From NCBI GenBank assembly GCA_963692945.1, contig OY843585.1:1140001-1172000 (forward strand): a DNA stretch of 32,000 nucleotides, read 5' to 3'. Positions 25,428 through 32,000 of this stretch are shown here, piece by piece. The position numbers and the translations under genes are program-made. The first letter of the stretch is position 1. Each line of letters opens with the position of its first letter. The notes under the pieces are model-generated. The model had not been told where the DNA came from. It saw only the letters and a list, made by a program, of their open reading frames with translations, and made no database searches. The DNA comes from Bdellovibrionales bacterium. Its GTDB lineage: Bacteria > Bdellovibrionota > Bdellovibrionia > Bdellovibrionales > UBA1609.

Positions 25428-27161
25428 TTACTTCAAAAATCTTTTTGGGAAACTTATAGGAAATTGATGTCCTTCAAGATAAAAAGATATAGCCTTTTCT
25501 TCTTGATCAGGGAAAATTTGAGCAAAATTTCTTTTTGAGATGTAGAAGATATTTCTAGCAAAAAGTTTTTTCTCGTCATTACAATTTCTTAACTCCATTT
25601 CTGAGGTGGTAGTCGTAAGTCCTAACACAGATTTAGGCATAGGGCTGTAAGATATAGGTGAAGATACGATTTGTAGCATTTGCAATGCAGAGCCTTTCCT
25701 AGTGTCAACAATTTCAGTTAACCCTCCTGCATGAATATCACCACTTAAAATAAAAATCTCTTTTCCTTTTCTTGCTAGTTCTGTCAGAACCTCCATTATT
25801 TCATTTAAAGACTTCCTATTTGAATCAGAGCTTAGTCCATCTTCCATATCATCACTTAACTCAGGTAGTTCAGGTATGGCTGCAATGCCTTTAGGAATGT
25901 ATGAAAGTATAATCAGTATGAGTATAATAGAACCAATGATAGGAAGCAGTATAACAAAGATAAAATAGAGTATAGAAAAAATGGGAATTGGTATTTTTCC
26001 GCATAAACTACAATTAAGAATTGATACTAGTAATGGGCTAAGAAAACATAAAGCAGATATAGGCAACCATAGTTTCCATTTTTGAATTACATACCAAGGC
26101 TTATTTTTCTCAACATCCGTTTTAAGTTTGAATATGAATCTAAAAAGTTCAGATATTCTTTTATCACCAAGAAAATTAGTTCTAAAAGCTACAACGGGAC
26201 TTACAAAAAAGATTTTTTTAATATGATCTGGAGTTTGTTTTAAGTTATCCAATATTTTGTTTTTGTGTTCTTCTGTCCATATTTGATTTTTAGATGAATT
26301 TCTTTCTGATCTAAAATCAGCCAATACAAACTTCATATCTCCCCAGTTTAAAATAGAAGAAAATTTATGAATTGGTTTTGGATTTCTAGAAGCTTGATAA
26401 ATTTTAAAGGATTCTTTTGCAGTTTCAAAAAACTTCCACCAATTCTTTTTAAACCCTGATTCTTCTTTAGAGTTGAAAGACTCAAGACGACTTCCCCAAC
26501 CATCCGTTATATCATGGTCATCCCACATAGTTACACTTAGTGTAGAAGCTAAAACTTTTCTATAACTAATATTTCCCCAATATTTTTGATATTGTTCAAT
26601 AAATCTTTCCTGTAGAGATTTTTTAATTTCACCATCTGCATCTTCTTGTTTAAGTTTATTTATAAATTCTTTTTCAATATCATCATTATAGATTTGATCC
26701 CCTCCTAAAACGAGAAGTCTAACATTTTTATCTTTTTTTAAATGTTCAGAAAGTTTTCTCCACATTTCCCAACCTTCACCAGCACTTCCATTTTTTTGCT
26801 TAAAAGGATTATGGCAACTCATAAGTATAAAAGATTTTTCAATATCATTTTTTCCTAAAATTTGAAAACGACAATCTTCTTCTGTTAAACCTCCCTCTAA
26901 GTCTAAAGATTGTCCATTAGATAAAAATTTGTATTTATATAATCTATTATCTTCTAAATTTTCAAATTTAAAACTAAACAATCTATAAAGTTCATTTTTC
27001 ACCTGTGATTCTTTAGAATCAATTTTTTTATCTTCATATAAAATCTGACATTCTATTTTTTCTATTTCAGATTTGTGTGGAAGAGCAATAAATACCTCAA
27101 CTCCTGTTTCACCATGAGGTCCCAAAAACGGCCCAATTATTTTAACTTTATTTTTATTCAT
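25428..27161 (-). CDS. PhoD-like metallophosphatase interrupted by a transmembrane insertion
   Basis: Motifs in order: LMSCHNPF, VLGGDQIYNDD, MWDDHDITDGWGS, ILSGDIHAGG. aa ~362-424 are strongly hydrophobic (LWLPISALCFLSPLLVSILNCSL ... IPIPIFSILYFIFVILLPIIGSIILILIILSYI). ATGA overlap with the upstream gene. Confidence 0.7.
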   Translation of the reverse strand: MNKNKVKIIGPFLGPHGETGVEVFIALPHKSEIEKIECQILYEDKKIDSKESQVKNELYRLFSFKFENLEDNRLYKYKFLSNGQSLDLEGGLTEEDCRFQILGKNDIEKSFILMSCHNPFKQKNGSAGEGWEMWRKLSEHLKKDKNVRLLVLGGDQIYNDDIEKEFINKLKQEDADGEIKKSLQERFIEQYQKYWGNISYRKVLASTLSVTMWDDHDITDGWGSRLESFNSKEESGFKKNWWKFFETAKESFKIYQASRNPKPIHKFSSILNWGDMKFVLADFRSERNSSKNQIWTEEHKNKILDNLKQTPDHIKKIFFVSPVVAFRTNFLGDKRISELFRFIFKLKTDVEKNKPWYVIQKWKLWLPISALCFLSPLLVSILNCSLCGKIPIPIFSILYFIFVILLPIIGSIILILIILSYIPKGIAAIPELPELSDDMEDGLSSDSNRKSLNEIMEVLTELARKGKEIFILSGDIHAGGLTEIVDTRKGSALQMLQIVSSPISYSPMPKSVLGLTTTTSEMELRNCNDEKKLFARNIFYISKRNFAQIFPDQEEKAISFYLEGHQFPISFPKRFLK

Positions 27162-27793
27162 TTTTTAAACTCCTGTTCAAATTCTACATAAAAATCAATA
27201 AGTGAGTTATATACAGCTTTGTTTTCTCTTTGAAAATCAGAAAGCGTTTGATGATTAAAACATGAGTAGCCTTCTCTGTAATACCTTTCATAACAGACCT
27301 TTAGTTTATTAAACATTTTTTCAAATCTTTTATTTATTTTTTTGAGATCCTTTTCTATTTTAGGTTTACTTTTTTTATTTTTAATATCTTCTTTTTCAAT
27401 AGCATTGTCTTGAATATAACTTAAGGTGTCTTTATAGCTCTTTTTCCAATCTTTGAATAATTTTTTTAAATTTTTAAATTCAGATTCGACATCTGTTTCT
27501 TCTTTAAATTTTCTGTTTTTATATAATTTTTTTAAAGTTCTATAGAAAAGATCATATGAGATAGAAAGTTTTATTGATGATCCTATATTGTTATTTTGTA
27601 ATAACGAAAGATTTAAAGTCTTTATAATATGAGATGAAGTAACATTATTTATTGATGTTAAAATTGGAATATTGAAACATTTAATTATGAAAACACCAAG
27701 AAATCCTACTATACATAATCCAATAAAATTACCAACACCTTTTTCTATAATACTCTTATATAAAAAATTATTAGTAAATCGTTCCATTTTCAA
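27158..27793 (-). CDS. Membrane-anchored Lys-rich helical protein (hypothetical)
   Basis: One N-terminal TM segment (VGNFIGLCIVGFLGVFIIKCF), then a charged helical region. The track start is TTG 27793; ATG at 27787 is an alternative. Either start lies at or within a few nt of the upstream gene's stop codon (27790-27792). Confidence 0.6.
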   Translation of the reverse strand: MKMERFTNNFLYKSIIEKGVGNFIGLCIVGFLGVFIIKCFNIPILTSINNVTSSHIIKTLNLSLLQNNNIGSSIKLSISYDLFYRTLKKLYKNRKFKEETDVESEFKNLKKLFKDWKKSYKDTLSYIQDNAIEKEDIKNKKSKPKIEKDLKKINKRFEKMFNKLKVCYERYYREGYSCFNHQTLSDFQRENKAVYNSLIDFYVEFEQEFKK

Positions 27794-28488
27794 CTTAAAT
27801 CATTTCCTTTTTTTTGTTCACTACTTCTACTGCCAAAATAAAAACCAATTACAGCTCCAGATAAACTTCCAAAGCCAGTCAAAACAGTACTTAGTTTGTC
27901 ACTACTTATACAGTTACTCAAAAGACCAAATATAAGAGCCATAAGAAAAGAACCGATGATTGAAATAGCTATCATTCCTCTTATAGAACCTTCGGGTAAA
28001 CCAAGTCCTTTTAATTTTGGAATATCACTTCCATTTTTTATATACTTAAAAAATAATAAAGATATAATAGGATATCCTATGAGTATGACTAATAAAAATG
28101 CTAAATAGTATCCATATAAATTATCTTCGCATTGAGATAATTTATCTTGGGTTTCTCCAAAAGCTGACCATGTAAAAAGGAAAAAGTTTAAAAAAGAAAT
28201 CTTTAGCAACATATATCTACTTATTATGTTTGAGATTTTCAATTTTTTCTTATTAGCTTTTCTATTATATAAACAATCAATTGTTTTATGAAGTCTATAG
28301 ATTTGATCATACTCTGTTACAGACTCCTTTAACTCATCAAACAGTTTTTTAAATTCCTTTTCTGTATCCACTTTCCCACCTTTATTTGTTTTGAAATTTT
28401 TTTGATGAAATTTAGCAACCTTATCTATCAACCTATCTCTTGAATCTTGCCAAGTCTTTTGAAAACTGTTTCTCATTTGTTTATCCAT
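27790..28488 (-). CDS. Polytopic membrane protein (hypothetical), ~95-aa cytoplasmic helical N-terminus plus ~4 TM segments
   Basis: Hydrophobic segments YMLLKISFLNFFLFTWSAF, YYLAFLLVILIGYPIISLLFF, GMIAISIIGSFLMALIFGLL and LTGFGSLSGAVIGFYFG (glycine-zipper-like). First gene of a three-gene operon. Confidence 0.6.
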   Translation of the reverse strand: MDKQMRNSFQKTWQDSRDRLIDKVAKFHQKNFKTNKGGKVDTEKEFKKLFDELKESVTEYDQIYRLHKTIDCLYNRKANKKKLKISNIISRYMLLKISFLNFFLFTWSAFGETQDKLSQCEDNLYGYYLAFLLVILIGYPIISLLFFKYIKNGSDIPKLKGLGLPEGSIRGMIAISIIGSFLMALIFGLLSNCISSDKLSTVLTGFGSLSGAVIGFYFGSRSSEQKKGNDLS

Positions 28489-28729
28489 AATGAATTATAA
28501 ATCTATGAGATTTTATTTAAACAATCAAGCAAAAACATAGATTGCTCTATAAAAATATTTTAAACTTTTTTAACACTGATCATTTTTTGTTCATGTCTCA
28601 AATTGAGAGTTTTTTATTATGCAAGAAACAACTGTTTTTAAAAAAATAAGAATTTTTTTTAAATTTTCAAAGATACATCTGATAATCTTAGTGAGTCGGT
28701 TTTTTAACAAATAACAAAGGAGTGAACAC

Positions 28730-28921
28730 ATGAGTCAAGAAATATATAATGAAGAGGAAGCATATCGTAAACAAATTGAAGCTAAAACAGAGATTCTTAA
28801 TACTATAATTAATTGCTCTAAACGCATAAATACATATCTAAACAAAGGAGAACATCTAGATACATGTTTAAAAAATATTAAAGACTTATCAGAAGCTTAC
28901 TCTTTAGTTCAGGAAAATTGA
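28730..28921 (+). CDS. Small acidic helical protein, 63 aa
   Basis: Strong SD within the conserved leader ttttttaacaaataacaaaggagt (28700-28723). It ends 47 nt upstream of the RloC-like gene. Confidence 0.6.
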   Translation: MSQEIYNEEEAYRKQIEAKTEILNTIINCSKRINTYLNKGEHLDTCLKNIKDLSEAYSLVQEN

Positions 28922-28968
28922 ACAAAAATGAAAATAAATAAAAACAAAGATTAGGACTTTTAATTATT

Positions 28969-31113
28969 ATGAAAATCACTTTAAAAAATGTTGCAAGTTG
29001 TGATGAAAATCCTGTAATCCTTGAAACAGATCAAAAAATCAATTTAGCTTATGGTTTAAATGGAACAGGAAAAACAACACTTTCTGATTATCTCTACTAT
29101 AAAGATCAAAGTAAAGATAAGTTTAATGATTGTGATTTAACAGATACTGGAAACGCAAAGATATTAGTTTATAATCAAAATTTTATAAAAGATAATTTTT
29201 ATGATAAAGATAGTCTCAAAGGAATTTTTACATTATCTAAAGAAAATAAAGAAGCAGAAGAGTCAATAAAACAAGCTGAACAAAATATAAAAAAATTTGA
29301 AGAAGAGAAAACAAAAAAAGAAAAAGACAAAGAAGAATATGAAAAAAATCAAAAAATAAATTTAGAAGAAATTCAAAAAGCTATTTGGAGTATAAAAACA
29401 GATTATACAGGTGGCGATAGAGTTCTAGAGTTTTGTTTGATTAGCTTAATGGGGAAGAAAGAAAAACTATTCAATCATATTAAAAGCATTCAAAAATCAG
29501 AAAATCAACCAACATCAATAGAAGTACTAAAAAAAGAAGCTCGACTGATCAAAGAAGGTGAGCCACAAGAGACACTACCAAAAATTAAGATGAATATAAA
29601 AGATATTGAAGAAAACAGTATTTGGAAGGAAGTTATAGTAGGTAAAGAAGACAGCCCTGTTGCAAATCTTATTACAAAACTAAATAACTCTGATTGGGTT
29701 AAGCAAGGGGTAAATTATTTATCAATAAGTGAGGAGCAATGTCCATTTTGTCAGGAAAAAACTATTACTGAAACAGTAGCAAAAAATATCAAAGATTATT
29801 TTGATGAAACTTATGAAAATAAAATTACAGAAATTGAGTCATTATACAATCAGTACAAAGATAAACAAATATTAATACCAAAAATAAGCAAATACCAAAA
29901 CCATCCTTTAATAGAACAAGATAAAGATAGGATTGAAATCCTCTATAATAAATTAGTTACAACTTTGAATGATAATCTTTCAAGTATAAAACAAAAATCA
30001 GAGAATTCAAGTCAAAAAATAGAAATTAAAGAAACAAAAGATGAAATTACAGAAATTAATAATTTTATTGAAAAAATTAATCAAGATATCGCAATATATA
30101 ATGAAAAATTAAAAAATAAAGATCAAACCCAAAAAAAAATAAAAAATCAATTTTGGCAAATTATGCGTTGGAATTATGACAATGCACTAATTCAGCATGA
30201 AAAAAATAAAGATAAAACTGAGAAAAAAATAGAAGAAATAAACAATGAGATAACAGGTATTAACAAAAAAATATCTCTTCAAAAAGAAAATATAAAACAA
30301 CAACAAGAAAATATGATCAATATTGAAGGGGCAATAAATAATATCAATAATGGATTGAGAGAATTAGGAATTGAAGGATTCAATATAATAAAATTTCAGG
30401 AAAATTCATATAAAATTGTGAGAGAGGGTCAGGAAGAAGGACAGTTTCAAACTCTCAGTGAAGGTGAAAAGATGATTATAAGTTTTCTCTATTTTATGGA
30501 ATTATGCAAAGGAAAAGAAAGTAAGGAAGAAGTAGTAAAAAATAAAATTGTGGTGATTGATGATCCAATATCAAGCTTATCACATACTTATATTTTTAAT
30601 CTCAGTATTTGGATAAAAAACCATTTTTTTAAATCAGAAAATTATAAACAGATTTTGGTATTAACTCACAGCTTGTATTTTTTTCACGAACTCATAAGAT
30701 ACGATAAAAATAGAAAACTTTTTCGTTTTCTAAAACTATCAACAAATAAAATTCAAATTGAAAAAATGGAAGAAAATGAAATAAAAAATGAATACGAATC
30801 ATACTGGCAAGTTATTAAAGACCATGAAAATGGCAAAGCATCAAATGGATTGCTTGCAAATAGCATGAGGAACATACTTGAACATTTCTTTGGTTTTATA
30901 TATAAAGAAGGACTAGAAAAAAAATTAGAGTCCTTAGGTAAGGATAATAAATTCGAATCTTTTCTAAGGTATATGAATAGGGAATCTCATTCAGATGCTA
31001 TAAATATCACTGATGACAAAGAAATAGATTCAAAACTTTTTAAAGATGCTTTTAAAGAAGTATTTACTAAGTCTGGCTATGAAGAACACTATAAAAATAT
31101 GATGAAAACTTAA
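28969..31113 (+). CDS. RloC/PrrC-like AAA_13 ATPase (candidate anticodon nuclease)
   Basis: Walker A GLNGTGKTT. Long coiled-coil insertion containing CPFCQEK (zinc-hook-like CxxC). ABC signature LSEGEKM. Walker B IVVIDDPISSL. The C-terminal SMRNILEHFFGF ... NRESHSD resembles the Arg/Glu/His nuclease motifs of PrrC/RloC. Confidence 0.6.
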   Translation: MKITLKNVASCDENPVILETDQKINLAYGLNGTGKTTLSDYLYYKDQSKDKFNDCDLTDTGNAKILVYNQNFIKDNFYDKDSLKGIFTLSKENKEAEESIKQAEQNIKKFEEEKTKKEKDKEEYEKNQKINLEEIQKAIWSIKTDYTGGDRVLEFCLISLMGKKEKLFNHIKSIQKSENQPTSIEVLKKEARLIKEGEPQETLPKIKMNIKDIEENSIWKEVIVGKEDSPVANLITKLNNSDWVKQGVNYLSISEEQCPFCQEKTITETVAKNIKDYFDETYENKITEIESLYNQYKDKQILIPKISKYQNHPLIEQDKDRIEILYNKLVTTLNDNLSSIKQKSENSSQKIEIKETKDEITEINNFIEKINQDIAIYNEKLKNKDQTQKKIKNQFWQIMRWNYDNALIQHEKNKDKTEKKIEEINNEITGINKKISLQKENIKQQQENMINIEGAINNINNGLRELGIEGFNIIKFQENSYKIVREGQEEGQFQTLSEGEKMIISFLYFMELCKGKESKEEVVKNKIVVIDDPISSLSHTYIFNLSIWIKNHFFKSENYKQILVLTHSLYFFHELIRYDKNRKLFRFLKLSTNKIQIEKMEENEIKNEYESYWQVIKDHENGKASNGLLANSMRNILEHFFGFIYKEGLEKKLESLGKDNKFESFLRYMNRESHSDAINITDDKEIDSKLFKDAFKEVFTKSGYEEHYKNMMKT

Positions 31114-31262
31114 AAGTGTTTCATTTTGAGAATTTCTTTTTAAAAGAGCTTAAGCTTTGAACGATAGAATAATAACTGTTTAAAAACACTGGCTTTTTTT
31201 AAACAATTAAATCACTATCCTAAGACCTTAAACTATCCTTTTTTTAAAACAAAATCTTACTT
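31114..31262 (-). repeat. Intergenic repeat family, copy C (inverted relative to A and B)
   Basis: aagtgtttcattttgagaatttcttttaaaagagcttaagctttgaacgatag... is the reverse complement counterpart of 24768-24902. It starts directly after the RloC-like stop codon. Confidence 0.65.
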
Positions 31263-31362
31263 ATTTATTTTTCTTAACTAAGGATATGTCAATATGATGT
31301 ATAATAGCATATGTCTAGTTAAGGATAACTAGTTTTTTAACAAATAACATAGGAGTAAAATT

Positions 31363-31644
31363 ATGGAATCATATTTAGATATAAGTCGTTTTGAACCAGC
31401 TAGAATTGAATTTATAAATCAAGAAATCTCTCTAGAAAGAATTTTGGGAATCTATGACGAGCATAAAGATACTTTATTAGATCATTTAAAAAAAGATAAA
31501 GAAGAATTAGAAAATAGCTTAAAAATACCTGTAGATATAGGTGAAGAAATTCAAAAAGTACAACTTGAAGAAATTGAAAAAACAAAACAAGCTATTAAGA
31601 AAGTAGAAAATTACAAAAATACAAACTCTTACAATCTAAGGTAA
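31363..31644 (+). CDS. Small acidic coiled-coil protein, 93 aa
   Basis: Preceded by ttttttaacaaataacataggagt (31333-31356), which is 23 of 24 nt identical to the leader at 28700-28723. Confidence 0.6.
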   Translation: MESYLDISRFEPARIEFINQEISLERILGIYDEHKDTLLDHLKKDKEELENSLKIPVDIGEEIQKVQLEEIEKTKQAIKKVENYKNTNSYNLR

Positions 31645-31656
31645 TAGTACTTCATT

Positions 31657-32000
31657 ATGGCTTTAATTAAGAATAGTAAAGGTAAGGAAAATAGCGGATA
31701 TGTCCATATATTTGGCAATGAAAAACTAGGAAGGCTTATTAGTCGTGTTCATAGTGTTTCTAATAAAAATGGGCAAGAACTTAAAAACCTTATAAAAAAA
31801 TATTCAAAACAAATTCTTATAGATAAAAAAAAAGATATAGATAAACAAATAAAAGAATTTTTAAATAGTAGACAATCAGGAATATACCTTCTAAGTGTAG
31901 GAGATATAAAGCATAGAAAAAAACTAAAAGGAATGCAACCAGACTTCATTATTTTTAATAAGATAAATAATAAAAACCTAAAATGTTATTTATTGAAAGT
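31657..32000 (+). CDS. Partial ORF (continues beyond the window); function unknown, possibly a PD-(D/E)XK-type nuclease
   Basis: Hand-translated with no stops from ATG 31657 to the window end: MALIKNSKGKENSGYVHIFGNEKLGRLISRVHS...GMQPDFIIFNKINNKNLKCYLLKV. The PDF...(15 aa)...xLK segment is only loosely nuclease-like. Not in the track because it lacks a stop. Confidence 0.5.
   Translation, partial: MALIKNSKGKENSGYVHIFGNEKLGRLISRVHSVSNKNGQELKNLIKKYSKQILIDKKKDIDKQIKEFLNSRQSGIYLLSVGDIKHRKKLKGMQPDFIIFNKINNKNLKCYLLK

Noticed and set aside
8282-28108. Remaining short track ORFs nested antisense or out of frame inside long genes (8282..8470, 9466..9672, 11311..11502, 11686..11877, 11834..12025, 13733..13957, 16762..16944, 21762..22007, 21969..22166, 24249..24431, 27672..27935, 27896..28108)
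   Set aside because: Each is wholly or mostly contained in a much longer ORF with recognisable motifs, lacks an SD and has the low-complexity composition expected of chance frames in AT-rich DNA.
24768-31262. Integron-type attC sites, or a composite transposon formed by inverted copies B and C
   Set aside because: No integrase or transposase is in the window. Cassettes lie in both orientations. I could not find the RYYYAAC / GTTRRRY core sites; the nearest is ttttaggc at ~24773. The inverted orientation simply follows the direction of the adjacent genes. The repeat family is still reported as a finding, without this mechanism.
31749-31949. 66-aa minus-strand ORF (MKSGCIPFSFFLCF...)
   Set aside because: It is the antisense shadow of the plus-strand ORF that starts at 31657 and stays open to the window end. 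The product is hydrophobic and low-complexity.
1-32000. tRNA, rRNA, tmRNA or other canonical RNA genes
   Set aside because: Scanning the intergenic regions by eye showed no GC-rich cloverleaf-like segment or T-loop (GTTCRANNC) in a suitable context. A tRNAscan/Infernal run is needed for certainty.

Overview
AT-rich bacterial chromosomal window with strong AGGAGG-type Shine-Dalgarno sites and prepilin-type pilins. I cannot assign a taxon from the sequence alone. Positions 1-12.7 kb look mostly core-like: a pseudopilin and two tandem type IV pilins, a CpaF/TadA-type secretion ATPase, a type II (eukaryote-like) glutamine synthetase, a pair of M16 peptidases, a PIN-PhoH (PhoH2) ATPase and two exported proteins of unknown function. 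An Rpn (YhgA-like PD-(D/E)XK) module interrupts this region. It carries two extra stand-alone copies of its own C-terminal tail and is bracketed by MITE-like hairpin elements. Positions 12.8-32 kb form an accessory, defence-island-like mosaic: a RES/Xre toxin-antitoxin pair; a 1267-aa Mrr-like/TPR/GreAB-C-like/PIN-like protein preceded by a hand-called 55-aa ORF; an AbiEi/AbiEii pair; a repeat-built protein with integrase-repeat modules and a Gly-X-Y core; two more pilin-like genes; an XRE regulator; a tightly coupled three-gene operon (two membrane proteins plus a PhoD-like metallophosphatase split by a transmembrane insertion); an RloC/PrrC-like AAA_13 ATPase; and a partial ORF at the right edge. 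Three large effector-like genes are each preceded by a small acidic ORF with a near-identical leader/SD sequence, and a ~130-150 bp intergenic repeat family marks module borders. My best candidates for an undescribed system are the three-gene membrane/PhoD-like operon (25428-28488), the giant Mrr-TPR-GreAB-C-PIN protein with its small partner ORF (14424-18433), and the shared-leader cassette architecture (small ORF plus effector). All domain calls come from motif recognition by eye. No searches were run.
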